Source of the DNA: Mobula hypostoma
Lineage: Eukaryota
DNA: 64,000 nt
Assembly: GCF_963921235.1 (NCBI RefSeq)
Contig: NC_086097.1
Location: forward strand, 218,366,001 to 218,430,000
Reading direction: 5' to 3'
Made by a program: the position numbers and the translations under genes. Shown here in pieces: positions 39,701 through 52,877 of this stretch; the first letter of the stretch is position 1, and the number at the start of each line of letters is the position of its first letter. Under the pieces are notes generated by a model. The model was given only the letters and a program-made list of their open reading frames with translations, ran no database searches and was not told the DNA's origin.

Positions 39701-39835
39701 CCATCCAGTCTTTCCTGGAAGTCACTGGTGAACCAAATGTCACTTGCATCATCCACCAGGGTGTCCTCCTCAGTTGTCTGATGAGGTAACCGTAGCCTCT
39801 GGCCAGGAGCAGATGTCGTCAGACACAGCCTCGGA
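36705..39835 (-). mobile_element. HERO/NeSL-like early-branching non-LTR retrotransposon, decayed and split by a CR1 tail
   Basis: LPVKFKMWLYQHGLLPRLVW, SWARMAFKARKSRCMVIKKGKV, WQDLQKGI..CTISPILF, DLANVYRSIPH, and an N-terminal zinc-finger remnant GKICKNIKGLWMHQSRSSC. Confidence 0.75.
37915..38390 (+). mobile_element. CR1 3' fragment nested in the HERO-like element
   Basis: RTRGHSLKIRG...FSQRMVNLWN with a (ttatgttc)n tail. Confidence 0.9.
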
Positions 39836-40215
39836 GTAGAGGGGCGTCCTTTTAGAACAGAGATGAGGGGTAATTTCTTCAGGCAGAGAGTGGTGAATCT
39901 GTGGAATTCTTTGCCACGGAAAAAAGTCTTTATGTATACTTAAGGTTGATAGATTCTTGATTTGTCAGGGCATGTGGGGGAAACGGGGAGAAGATAGGAG
40001 ATTGGGGCTGAGAGGAATAAAGGATCAGCCATGATGAAATGGTGAAGCAGACTCAATGGGCCGAATGGCCTAATTCAGCTCCTGTATCTTATGGTCTTAT
40101 ATGCTTGTATTTATTTATTTATTTACCTTTTCCTATGTTTATCACTGTACCGCTGCCACTATGTTAACACATTTTATGACATATGCCGGTGATATTAAAC
40201 CTGATTCTGACTGAG
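39835..40215 (+). mobile_element. CR1 3' tail followed by a Rex1-type tail
   Basis: CR1 tail ending ttatggtcttat; second tail ending gatattaaacctgattctga, like 59550-59578. Confidence 0.75.
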
Positions 40216-41194
40216 GTTTTCCAAAATGCTTTATTTATTTCAACAGTAGCACTCTTACTCATAGTAAAACAAAAAATATACATAAATAAGCACCAAGACT
40301 CATTCTTTTTCTTTAAAAAGTCCACGATCATTGTTACTAATTCATTAATCAACCAGAATCACAATGGCATGGAAAAGAATTCTTCTGATGAATATTGCCA
40401 CTTTGGGGACCTCTCTCAAAAATGTCTGCCACCCCTGCTATAGGTAATTGCTAAATACTGGAAATATCACAGGTACAGGAATACATGCTTCCAGGTTTTG
40501 TATTATGTATTATGTTCATTAATATGGCATAATTACCAAAATTCAGGTTTGCTTAATCAGTTACATCAACAACTAAAATTCTTCTTGCATGCATCCAATG
40601 GAAATTATCCACTCACCATGATTACAACTGAAAATGTCTGGAGTTCAGTAGTATATACTGTATCTTATCGATACACTTATTGATTGCCAGGTCAGATGGT
40701 TTGACAATCATTTCTCTTCCGGGAGAGTTTACACTAGGCTAACGATTTACCTACTTAATACAAAAGGAGTAGGGATTTCTTCTTTCATGGGGTTATGAAT
40801 CTTCAGAATTTTCTGCCTGAGAGAATACAGGATTCAGAATCATAAAGTACATTTAAGGCTGTAATAGTTATTTTTAGACTAATGAGTTTTGGGGAGAACA
40901 AACAGGAAAGTGGAAAGACAACAGCCAGATGAGCTGTGACTTTACCAAATGGTATAACAGGCTCAGGGCCAATAGGGGCTACAACACCACTTTTTTAAAC
41001 TTTCTTACTCATTATCACTTCAAGTAAGAGGCATTTTTCCTACTGAGTCATAGAAATAAGCAGCTCAATTTCTTGCCTGATATTTCTGCAATCAAAAGAA
41101 ATGAATCTGAAACATTTAGACAGTAAAAATTAAAGAAAGCAAATTATTTCTAAACTGCTTAGAGATATTTTAATGCAATTGAACAGATTAGTAT

Positions 41195-42005
41195 TAAGAT
41201 TATAAGATCTAGGGGCAGAATTAGGCCATTTGGCCCATCAAGTCTGCTCCGCCATTTCATCATGGTTGATCCACTTCCCTCTCAGCCCCAATCTCCTGCC
41301 TTCTCCCCATATCCCATCATGCTCTGACTAACCAAGAATCTGTCAACTTCTGTCTTAAATATACCCAATGACTTGGCCTCCACAGCTGCCAGTGGCACTG
41401 GCCAAAGAAGTTCCTCCAAATTTCTGAGGGTGTGTCCCCTGATCTTAGACTCCCCTACCTTCAGAAACATCCTCCCCACACCTACTCTCCCTCAATGTCA
41501 AAAATACAGAGGAGTTGATCATGGATTACAGGAGGAACGGAGACAGGCTGGACCCTTTTGATATCAGTGGGACTGCAGTTGACAGGGTGAGTGGTTTCAA
41601 GTTCCTCGGTGTACACATCACCAGCTGTGTGGTGAGAAAAGCACAACACTGCCTCTCCTTCACCTCAGGCAAGCTGAAAAAGTTCGTCATCAGTCTCCAG
41701 ACCCTCAGGAGTTTCGACAGGGGCACCATCAAGAGCATCCTGACTGGCTGTGTCACCGCCTGGTATGGGAACTGTACTATCCTCAATTGCAGGGTACTGC
41801 AGAGAGGGGTGCAGACAGCCCAGCGCATTGAGGATGTGACCTATCCTCTGTTCAGAATATTTACAGCAGCAGGTGTGTAAGAAAGGTCCAGAGGATCATC
41901 AGGGACTCCGGACCTCCCAACCACAAACTGCTTCATCTGCTTCCATCTTAAGGTCAGGACCAACAAGCTCTGGATGAGCTTCTATCAGCAGGCTATCAGA
42001 TTTAT
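41195..42005. mobile_element. CR1 3' tail (minus, 41195-41495) joined to a Rex1/Babar-type RT C-terminal fragment (plus, 41497-42005)
   Basis: FKFLGVHI and SILTGCVTAWYGNC motifs on plus. Confidence 0.8.
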
Positions 42006-42179
42006 TAATACACACTCCGCTGCACTGTTCAGGTGTGTTTCTGGGGTACAGAGGCTAGCGACCCTTGTGCCTGTTTATTGCTGAGCAGCAGTGAACCATC
42101 TGATTGGCCTATTAGAGTTCTCTTTGGGAACTAAGTTGACTTGATCAGCATTTCTGATCTGGCTATTGTTCACGATTTT

Positions 42180-42858
42180 TTTAGATTATGAGGCCACGCA
42201 GTCCTCCTTTATTGTCATTCAGTAATGCATGCATTAAGAAATGATACAATGTTCCTCCAGAATGATATCACAGAAACACAAGACAAACCAAGACAGAAAA
42301 ACTAACAAAAACCACATAATTATAGCATATAGTTACAACAGTGCAAAGCAATACCGTAATTTGATAAAGAACAAACCATGGGCACGGTAAAAAAAAAAGT
42401 CTCAAAGTCTCTTGAAAGTCCCCTCATCTCACGCAGATGGTAGAAGGAAGAAAAACTCTCCCTGCCATGAGCTTCCAGCGCTGCAAACTTGCCGATGCAG
42501 TACCCTGGAAGCACCCAACCACAGCCGACTCTTGAGTCCGTCTGAAAACTTCGAGCCTCCAACCAGCCCTCTGACACTGAGCACCGAGCACCGTCTCTAC
42601 CGAGCGCTTTGACCCTGGCCCTGGTAACGGGCAATAGGCAAAGCCGAGGATTTGGGGCCTTCCCCTCCGGAGATTCTCGATTGCACAGTAGCAGCGGCAG
42701 CGAAGTGGGCATTTCAGAAGTTTCTCCAGATGTTCCTCCGTGCTTCTCACGTCTGTCTCCATCAAATCAGGATTGTGCACGGCCTCCTACTTGACAAATA
42801 CAATATCATTTCGGAGCGGCCGTGCGCGCTGCGTCGTGCTGCCATCTTCTCCTCCCCT
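42180..42858 (-). mobile_element. Non-coding retroposon of about 620-680 bp, copy 2
   Basis: Reverse-complement homologue of 13965-14590 along its whole length. Confidence 0.85.
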
Positions 42859-42861
42859 TTT

Positions 42862-44652
42862 GTACTTACCAGTATAGGCTTGGAACATAGATTGTTCCAC
42901 AAAGCCAACAAAAAGGCAGGCATAGCTGGGACCCATACAGGTGCCCATGGCTACACCTTTAGTTTGGAGGAAGTGGGAAGAGCCAAAGTAAAAATTGTTA
43001 AGAGTAAGGACTAATTCTGCTAGATGGAGGACAGTGGTGGTAGAGGGGAATTGGTTAGGTCTGGAATCCAAAAAAGAAGTGGAGAGCTTTGAGACCTTCC
43101 TGGTGGGGGATGGAGGCATATAGGGACTGGGCATCCATGGTGAAAATAAAGCGGTGGGGGACAGGGAACTTAAATCATTGAAAAGATTCAGAGCATGAAA
43201 AGTGTCACGAACATAGGTCGGAAGGGATTGAACAAGGGGGGATAAAACCATGCCCAGGTATGCAGAAATGAGTTCGGTGGGGCAGGAGCAAGCTGAGACA
43301 ATAGGTCGGCCAGGACAGGCAGGTTTGTGGATCTTGGGTAGGAGGTAGAAACGGGAAGTGCGGGGTGTGGGAACTGTAAGGTTGGTAGCAGTGGGTGGGA
43401 GATCCCCTGAGCTGATATAAAATTGGTGATGGTGTGGGAGACAATGGCCTGGTGCTCCTTAGTGGGGTCATGATTGAGGGGTAAATAAGAGGAGGTATCC
43501 GTGAGTTGACGCTGTGCTTCGGCAAGGTAGAGGTCAGTACGCCAGACTACAACAGCACCCCCCTTATCGGCGGGTTTTATAGTAAGGCTAGGATTAGTGT
43601 GGAGGGGGTGGAGAGCAGAGCGTTCGCAAGGAGTGTGGTTGGAATGGGAACAAGGTGTGGTGAAGTCGAGACGGTTGATGTCCCTTTGGCAGTTAGCAAT
43701 AAAAAGGTCCAGAGCAGGCAGAAGACCAGAGCGGGGTGTCCATGAAGAGGAGGAGGGTTGAAGGTGGGAGAAGGGGTCATCGGTGGGGGTAGGAGAGTCC
43801 TTGCTGAAGAAGTAAGCTCGACGACGGAGCCAGCGGAAAAAGAGGTCAGCATCATGGCGCACGCGGAACTCGCTGAGGTGGGCACAGGGGGGCAAAGGTG
43901 AGGCCCTTACTGAGAACAGAGCGCTCTGCCTCAGAGAGTGGAAGGTCAGAGGAGATGGTAAGGACCCGGCACGGATGAGAGCTGGGATCAGAGGGGGGAC
44001 GGGGAGAGAGGCTGGTAGTGTCAGTGGAGAGGGGAGGGTTGGGGTGAGAGGAAGATGGAGCCTCCGAGGGCCGAGGAGCAGGTGATGGAATGTGAGGGAG
44101 ATGGGGTTGCAGGGCCTCCTCTACTGTCAAGATGAAGCCTCACTCAGGTTGGAGGAACAACACCTTATATTCCGTCTGGGTAGCCTCCAACCTGATGGCA
44201 TGAATATTGACTTCCCTAACTTCCATTAATGCCCCTCCTCCCCTTCATACCCTATCCCTTATTTATTTAATATATTTTTAAAAATATATTTCCCCCCCTT
44301 TTTTTCTCTCTCTCTTTTTTTCTCCCTCTGTCCCTCTCACTATAACTCCTTGCCTGCTCTCCACCATCCGGGCTCCCCTCCCCGCTTCTCCTTCTCCCCA
44401 GGCTTCCCGTCCCATGATCCTCCCCCTTCTCCAGCCTGGTATCCCTCTTGCCAATCAACTTTTCAGCTCCTAGATCCACCCCTCCCCTCCTGTCTTCTCC
44501 TATCATTTCAGATCTCCCCCTCCCTCTCTCAAATCTCTTACTAGCTCTTCTTTCAGTTAGTCCTGATGAAGGGTCCCGGCCCGAAACGTCGACTGTACCT
44601 CTTCCTATAGATGCTGCCTGGCCTGCTGTGTTCCACCAGCACTTTTTGTGCA
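42862..44652 (-). mobile_element. Penelope-like element: RT N-terminal half on minus, inverted pLTR on plus (44112-44652)
   Basis: SVLSKGLTFAP, TIKPADKGGAVVVW, LTLNNFYF and GVAMGTCMGPSYACLFVG (PLE RT motifs); hammerhead motif at 44559-44594. Confidence 0.92.
44559..44594 (+). ncRNA. Minimal type-I hammerhead ribozyme motif in a Penelope pLTR
   Basis: AGTC-CTGATGA-A-GGGT(CCCG)GCCC-GAAA-C-GTC-GACT: full core, 4-bp stem I, 4-bp stem II, palindromic ACGT stem III and GUC site. Confidence 0.8.
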
Positions 44653-45414
44653 TACCTCCACATTTCCATTCCTTATTGATTGTACATTGCAACAGAGATG
44701 CGACATAAAGATTTTTACTCCCTCGTGTTGTGAGATGGATGTAAGAAATAAAAATAAATTCTAAAATCTATGGAGGCCTTTAAACGTTCGATAGGTTTCA
44801 ATGAGGTCACGCCTCATTTTTCTGAATTCTAGTGAGCACAGGCCCAGAGCGCTCAAACACTCCTCATATGATAAGCCTTACAATTCTGGAATCATTTTTG
44901 TGAACCTCCTTTGAACCCTCTGCAATGTCAGCACAACCTTTCATAGAAGAGGGGCCCAAAACTGCTCACTTTTTGGATATGCAATGACATTTCTTGAAAA
45001 ATAATTCAGTGATTAAAATATTTATTTTAACTGAAGATTTCAACTGGGATGAAACTACGTCAAAATGGGAAACCTTTCCTGGCTGCATAGTGCAATTGAA
45101 TTGCTGACATGATTCCTCTGCACAAACCATCCATGGTCAACCTGTTTCAATAACTGAGAAAAGATTACATTTCTCCATTTAGGGGAAGAGTAAATCCAAC
45201 CATTGTGCAAAATTGTAATGAATCTGGAGTTAATACAATAACAATTCTGACAAATTCTGATGTAATACACTATCGGAAAGTCCTCATGTCAGCATTCTTC
45301 TGCATCTGGTGATGATGTGCAACTTAATAATTTTAATGCATATCAGGTTCTGTATCCCTGGGTTTCACTGTCAGCTATGCTTCTAATATATTCAGACAAC
45401 CTGTAATAAGAATT

Positions 45415-46200
45415 TTAAACACAAAAGGTTCTGCAGATGCTGGTAATGTTGAGCAACACACAAAATGCCGGAGGAACTCAGCAAGTCAAGCAGCATCCAT
45501 TGAAGGGAATAAACAGTCAACGTTTCATGCCAACAGCCTTCATCAGGACTGGAAATGAAGGGGACAGAAGCCAGCGTAAGAAGGTAGGGTGGAGGGGAAG
45601 GAGTACAAGCTGTTGAGTGACAGGTGAGAGGGAGGGTGGATGGGTGGATGGATGGAAGAGAGGGTATGAAGTAAGATAGGGGGAAAAAAATCGGCAAAGA
45701 GCTGAAGGAGGAATCTAATCAGAAAGGGCAGTGGACCATGGAAGAAAGAGGAAGAAGAGGGAAACCAGAGGGAGGTGAAGGGTTGGTGAGGAGAAGAGAA
45801 GGAGTGAAACAGTGGGGAATAGAAAAAAGAGAGGGGGGGGAGAATAATTAATGGAAGTTGGAGAAATTAATATTTATGCCATCAGGCTAGAGGCTTCCCA
45901 AACAGACTACGAGGTGTTGTTCCTCCAGCTTGAGAATGACTTCATTGTGCTGGTAGAGATGGTCATGGGCAGACATGTCAGAATGACAATGTGATGTTGA
46001 AGTAGATAGCCACAGGGAGATACACCTACCTTCTCCCTCACCTGGTCTCACCCATTACCTGCAAGCATGTACTCTGTAACGTTCTGATTTCTGCACCCTT
46101 CCTTTCCAATCCTGATAAAGGGCCATGGCCAGAAATGTTGACTATTTATTCCCCTTCATAGATACTGCCTGACTTACCGAGTTACTCCAGAATGTGTGTG
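45415..46200. mobile_element. Older Penelope-like remnant with inverted pLTR pieces
   Basis: Homologous to 22300-22800 on minus, with an inverted decayed copy at 46020-46195. Confidence 0.75.
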
Positions 46201-47604
46201 TGTGTGTGGTAAGAATTCCCTTCTGACAGACAAGACTTCACTCATTACGAGTCATGGATGATTGAAAGCAGATGACCGTAGTTGGCATGCACTTGTCGGG
46301 CTAAAGTACCTGTACCTGCCCTGTATTTTCCTGTGACTCCAAATTAGGTTGTGTGTTCTCTCGTTGTTGACTGGATATAGGATTGTCTATATCACGAAAA
46401 GTTCCTGGCTATTTGAGTAAATTAAATCTGAAGCAATAACCACAATTTAGAGTTGGTACAATGTTATTTTCAAGATGCGATTAGATTAAAAACTCTAACC
46501 ACCAATTTGTCCAAAGGCAAATTATAAGCTAAGATTTTGCCCATTTATAGTTCAATATTTGGAGACATCATTCCTTTTTTAAATACTTTCACCAAATATA
46601 TGTAAGTGAATTGGGATCAACAAAATACACTCAACAGGTTTGATGACTATAAATACAACCTAGAGAGAATGAAGTCCTTATGAATTAACTACTTATCTTT
46701 CATCAGAATGTGTGACTTGCTGTGTTGTGTGGCCTCTTGTTCAAGCAGCATAAACACAAACACAAAATCACAATAATGAATATGCATAGAAAATGCCAGA
46801 AATTCAGTCAATACAAGTATAAAAAGAAACTGATAATATTTCAAGTTGACGACCTTCCATCAAAATAAGGACGCAACTGTTAGAATGCAATAGAGAGAGA
46901 AGAGAGAAGAAACAGGTGAGGAAAGGGTAAAATGCAAGGTCACTAATAGATAGAAAGCAGCAAAATTGAATGACAAAAATGGACGTCAGTGTATTCAAGA
47001 ATGGTATATTTGTCCACAGATATAGCTTAACTACTTCAAAGACATGAAAGAAGTAGTTTTCAAATATGTGGCATCTAATTCCCTAATTTTAAAGTTCCAT
47101 TGGACTTTCTTTTTAAGAGCATTTACATCTGCTTAATTGTATTTCTCCCAATTTTCATCGCATTATCTGTAAAATATTTAATAATTTTGTTTAAAAATTG
47201 AATTTCTCCCTTAACAGATTTTGCCACTGTACATATCATTCTAGTGAATCTTACCAAAAAATGTTTTTTTTTTAAAAGGTATGTTGCCTGTAAATGAAAA
47301 CACAAGGAAGATGGAATTCAAGTACATCCTTTCATAGTTGGAACAAAAATTCCATCTCTTTAAATGTTATGCCTCTTATAAACATATATTCATATTTATA
47401 ATGGAAGTCTCTAATGTTCACTCATATTGATGTTGAAATATTTGCAGAAACATACATAACTAATAGCTATTTAGAATCTATTCATGTACTTGAGATTAAT
47501 GATCAGATTTGACCTTTGGCTCATTATACAATATTAGAAATACAATATCAATATTGAAAGTTTATATTTTTCTTTATCAAATACAATATAAAAAAGTGAC
47601 CTAC

Positions 47605-47680
47605 TTTGATCTGTTCACTGATGGTCTTCAGTGCTTCCACTTCCTGTCCAGCTTTTGGAACTAAACGAATTACTTGATCT
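47605..47680 (-). CDS. CPA6: CPA6 coding exon 2 (prodomain)
   Basis: Acceptor tcttatctag|, then (G)DQVIRLVPKAGQEVEALKTISEQIK, donor |gtaggt. 76 nt, phase 2 to 0. Resembles CPA6 DKVIRFIPK. Confidence 0.92.
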
Positions 47681-48231
47681 CTAGATAAGAAAAGGTTGAT
47701 CTTTGTAGTATATTTTCCTTTAAATATGCAGTGTGACCAAATTTAACAATAATTCTTTTATTGTTTGAACAAATATTTTGAATTAGACTTTTTTATTATC
47801 AATATATCTATAGTAAATTCTAGTGGAAATGATAGCATTATACCACTGAGGTTTCAAATCAGCCAACTTAAGTGAAGTAAAAGGGATTCAGTAAGCATTC
47901 TAACACAGACCAGTTTCTGGAGTTACATTTACCTCCTGAATATCAAATTTGAATGGCAGTCCAAAAAAGAACAGTTGCAATTTATGGATATTGGGTCAGC
48001 AGTTTCATATTTGTTGCATCATTAGCTATTTGAACATTTGATAAATGAAATAGGTTCCATTTCTGAAAAAAAATCACAAATCACCTGATTTCCTTTGAAG
48101 TTGTAGTTTTCTCCAAGTCAGATTTGTAAAATTGTTTCAGGGAATATGAGACGCGTGTTGAATTCTCATTTTCCTTTTAGGAATAAACCTACTCTTGTTG
48201 AGAAAACTATTCACATAAGTAACTGATCTAA

Positions 48232-48904
48232 AATTGCTACTGGTACTTTTTTGACTGATGTTCTTGCAACAATAAAATCAAAAATGTGCCAAGCTACAAC
48301 AGTGATACTAAGCACAGAGTATCCAAAATAAAAAAAGCAGTCTTGTGAGACCACCCTTTGAAGAATGCACAAAGGTAGAAAACAAGATTTGTACTCTGCA
48401 GGTGGTAAGCAATGATTTATGCATCACAGTACAGGAAGCAGTGGTATTCAATAATTTTGAACATGTGATACACTCCCTCATCAGAATGCTTTGTGACTTG
48501 CTCTGGCTATGAACCAGAAACATGAGTTTAAATCCCATCACAGCAGATAGAAAATTGAAAATCTGTTAATGAAATAAATCACAAATTAAGAAAGGTAGAA
48601 AGTGAGCGGCAGCCAGTCTAAGAGAAGAGTGGAGCTATCATGAAGTACATGAGGTAACCTGGACACAATAGGAACTTGCTCTTGTTCGGACAAAAACAAT
48701 TGCTATGGGTAATTTTTGGACTGATATTCCCACAACAGGATCAAAAAATAGGCCAAGCTACAATAGTGATTCTAAGCACAGAGTATCCAAAATAAAAAAA
48801 AAGTCTTGTCAGACCACCCTTTGAAGAATGCACAAAGATAGAAAATGAGATTTGTACCCTGCAGGTGGTAGGCAATGATTTCCCTATCACAGCAGAGGAA
48901 GCAG
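48232..48904. repeat. Diverged direct duplication of about 210 bp (48232-48441 and 48699-48904)
   Basis: Both copies share ccaagctacaa.agtgat.ctaagcacagagtatccaaaataaaaaaa...gaccaccc...gaagaatgcacaaag...ctgcaggtggta.gcaatgattt. Confidence 0.85.
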
Positions 48905-49887
48905 CTGGAGTACTAAAGACCCTCCTTTGAAGCTGGTGTATAGAAACACATTTGGAGAATACATAGCCATGAAAGTGGCATTAAAAATCATACTGGGGTG
49001 TTAGATCATGGTTGATCCCAGATCCCAGTCAACCCCATATACCCACCTTCTTGCCATATTCTTTGATGCCCTGACCAATCAAGAAACTATCATTTTTTTT
49101 TCTTTAAATATACTCACGGCCTTGGCCTCCACAGCTGTTTATGGCAGAGCATTCCACAGATTCACCACTCTGTGCCCAAAAAAAATTCCTCATCTCTGTT
49201 CTAAAGGGTTGCCCCTCAACTGTGAGGCTGCGCCTTCTAGTTTTTGACACCCCCACCAAAGGAAACATCCCCTACACATCCACCCTATCTAGTCCTTTCA
49301 ATATTCAGTAGGCTTCAATGAGATCCCCTCCCACCGCCCCCCCGCATTCTTCTAAATTCCAGTGAGTGCAGGCCCAAAGCTGCCAAACGCTCCTCATATA
49401 TTAACCCCTTCGTTTCTAGAATCATCCTTGTAAATCTCTTTTGGACTCTCTCCAATGACAACACATCCTTTCTGTGATATACAGCCCAAAATAGGTTGAC
49501 AAAACTCCAAGTGTGGCCTGACCAGTATCTTACAAAGCGTCAGCATTATTTCCTTGTTTTTGTATTCTATTCCCCTTGAAATAAATGCCAACTATGCATT
49601 TGTCTTCTTTACCACAGACTCAATCTGTAAATTAATCTTCTGGGAGTCTTGCACAAGGATTCCTAAGTCCCTTTGCACATCTGATGTTTGAATTTTCTCC
49701 CTATGTAGATAACTGTCTGCACTTTTGTTCTTTTTATCAAAAAATGCATTACCATACATTTCCCAAAACTGTATTCCATCCGTCACTTTATTGCCCATTC
49801 TTCCAATTTATACAAGTCCTTCTGCAATCACATTGCTTCCTCAGCACTACCTACCCCTCTACCTATCTTCATTTCATCTTCAAACTT

Positions 49888-51612
49888 TACTTTATTGTCG
49901 CCAAACAATTGATACTAGAGCGTACAATCGTCACAGCGATATTTGATTCTGCGCTTTGTGTTCCCAGGAGTACAAATCAATAGTAAATACTAAAAATTTA
50001 AATTATAAATCATAAATAGAAAATAGAAAAGGGAAAGTAAGGTAGTGCAAAAAAACTGAGAGGCAGGTCCGGATATTTGGAGGGTATGGCCCAGATCTGG
50101 GTCAGGATCCGTTCAGCAGTCTTATCACGGTTAGAAAGAAGCTGTTCCCAAATCTGGCCGTATGAGTCTTCAAGCTCCTGAGCCTTGTCCCCGGAGGGAA
50201 GAGGAACGAAAAGTGTGTTAGCTGGGTGGGTTGTGTCCTTGATTATCCTGGCAGCACTGCTCCGACAGCGTGCGGTGTAAGGTGAGTCCAAGGACGGAAG
50301 ATTGGTTTGTGTGATGTGGGCTGTGTTCACGATCTTCTGCAGCTTCTTCTGGTCTTGGACAGGACAACTTCCATACCAGGTTGTGATGCACCCTAGAAGA
50401 ATACTTTCTACAGTGCATCTATAAAAATTAGTGAGGGTTTTACGGGACAGGCCAAATTTCTTTAGCTTTCTCAGGAAGTAAAGGTGCTGGTGGATCTTCT
50501 TGGCAGTGGACTCTGCTTGGTTGGACCAAGTCAGGTCATTTGTGATATTGACCCCAAGGAACTTAAAGCTTTTGACCTGCTCCAGTTACGCACCACCGAT
50601 GTAAATGGGGTTGTGCGGTCCGCTACTCCTTCTGAAGTCAACAACCAATTCTTGCTGACGTTGAGGGATAGGATATTGTCTTTGTACCATGCCACCAGGT
50701 TCTTAATTTCCTCTCTGTACTCAAACTCATCATTACCCGAGATACAGCCTACAGTTGTGGTATCATCAGCAAACTTATATATTGAGTTTGATGGAAACTT
50801 GGCTACACAATCATGGGTGTACAGTGAGTACAGCAGGGGGCTGAGTACACAGCTTTGTGGGGCACCGGTGCTCAGAGTGATTGTAGAGGAGAGCTTGTCC
50901 CCTATTTTTACAGCCTGGGTCCTGTCTGTGAGGAAGTTGAAGATCCAGCTGCAGATCTGAGTGTTAAGGCCCAGTTTCCGGAGCTTAGGAATCAGTTTAT
51001 TTGGAATGATGGTATTAAAGGCAGAGCTGTAGTCAATGAAAAGGAGCCTTACGTATGCATCTTTATTCTCCAGGTGTTCTAAGGAGGAATGTAGGGCCAG
51101 AGAGATGGCATCTGCCGTTGACCTGTTGCTCCGGTAGGCGAATTGCAAAGCGTCGAGGTTGACTGGTAGGCTGTGGTTGATGAGTGCAATAACCAATCGC
51201 TCGAAGCACTTCATAGCAATTGATGTCAGAGCCACAGGTCGATAGTCATTCAGGCATGCCACCTTGCTCTTCTTCGGCACTGGGATTATCGTTGCCTTCT
51301 TAAAACACGAGGGGATCTTAGACTAAAGCAAGGAGCAGTTGAAGATGTCAGTAAGCACTCCAGCTAACTCTCTTGAGAACCCGTCCTGGGACGCTATTTG
51401 GGCCCGTCGCCTTCCTTGGATTTATCTGCAGGAAGGCCGTTCTAATGTCCTCCACAGTGACGATGAATCTCGATGCCACCAGGTTCGGTTTATCCGGAGG
51501 AAGCGAGACGCTCCTCTTCTGTTCAAATTTTGTGCAGAATACGTTAAGTTTGCCAGGAAGAGAAGCACCACAGATACTGATATTCCCAGCCTTTTCTTTG
51601 CGGCCAGTGATC
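49888..51612 (-). mobile_element. Rex1/Babar-type LINE with RT ORF 50531-51280
   Basis: [65 protein letters not shown] and KFADDTT. Confidence 0.9.
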
Positions 51613-51869
51613 TCCTTGCCACAAAGCCAACAATCCATTATCTAAATCATTGACAAACAATGTGAAAAGTAGCGGTCCCAATACAGATCCCTGAGGAACA
51701 CCACTAGTCACAGGCAGCCAACCAGAAAAGGCCCCCTTTATTTCCACTTGCTCCCTCCTGCCTGTCAGGCATTCCTCTATCCATGCCAGTATCTTTCCTA
51801 TAATGTCATAGGATTTTGTCTTGTGAAGCACCCTCATGTGTGGCACCTTATCAAATGCCTTCTGAAATT

Positions 51870-52877
51870 AGTGATTTTTATAAATGACCTGGATGAGGAA
51901 GTAGAAGGGTAGGTTAGTAAGTTTGCTGATGACTCAAAGGTTAGGGGTGAGTGGATAGACAACTCAGATAAATGTGAAGTGGTTCATTTTGGTAGGTCAA
52001 ATTTGAAAAACAAATAGTATTAATGGTAAGACTCTTGGCAGTGTGGAGGATCAGCGAGATCTTGGGATCCATGTCCATAGGACACTCAAAGCTGCACAGT
52101 GCTGTTAAGAAGGTGTATGGTATGTTGGCCTTCATTAACCATGGGATTGAGTTCAAGAGCCATGAGGTAATGTAACAGCTATACAAAACCTTAGTTAGAC
52201 ACCACTTGGAGTACTGTAACACACATCAAAGTTGCTGGTGAACGTAGCAGGCCAGGTAGCATCTCTAGGAAGAGGTACAGTCGACGTTTCAGGCCGAGAC
52301 CCTTCGTCAGGACTAACTGAAGGAAAAGTTAGTAAGAGATTTATCTGCAGAATTCCTGTTACTTGGAGTACTGTGTTCAGTTCTGGTCGCCTCATTACGG
52401 GAAGGATGTGGATACTATAGAGAGAGTGCAAACATGTTGCTGGATTGGGGAGCATGCCTTATGAGAATAGGCTGAGTGAAATTGGCCTTTTCTCCTTGGA
52501 GTGACGGAGGATGAGAGGTGACCTGATGGTGGTGTATAAGATAATGAGAGGCATTGATCGTGTGGCTAGCCAGAGGCTAATTTCCCAGGGATGAAACAGC
52601 TAACACGAGGGGGCATAGTTTTAAGGTGCTTGGATGTAGGTACAAGAGGAATGTCAGAGGTAAGATCTTCACACAGAGAGTGGTGGTTACATGGAATGCA
52701 CTACCAATGAAGGTTGTAGAGGCAGATACAATAGGGTCTTTTAAGAGACTCTAAGATAGGTACATGGTGCTTAGAAAAATAGAGGGCTATGCAGTAGGGA
52801 AATTCTAGGCAGCTTCTAGAGTAGGTTACATGGTTGGCACAACATTGTGGGCTGTAGGTTTTCTATGATTTTCTATG
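51870..52877 (+). mobile_element. Second CR1 subfamily 3' fragment nested in antisense
   Basis: ataaatgacctggatgag...tttgctgatgac RT end and a (ttctatg)n tail; same subfamily as 56020-56560 and 60520-61100. Confidence 0.85.
52279..52314 (-). ncRNA. Minimal hammerhead ribozyme motif within a 143-bp Penelope-derived insertion (52218-52360)
   Basis: Minus strand AGTC-CTGACGA-A-GGGT(CTCG)GCCT-GAAA-C-GTC-GACT. The insertion is flanked by acttggagtactgt at 52204-52217 and 52361-52374. Confidence 0.8.

Noticed and set aside
39776..39800. CTGATGAG on the plus strand as another hammerhead
   Set aside because: No GAAA at the right distance after a stem II; it is one arm of a simple hairpin.
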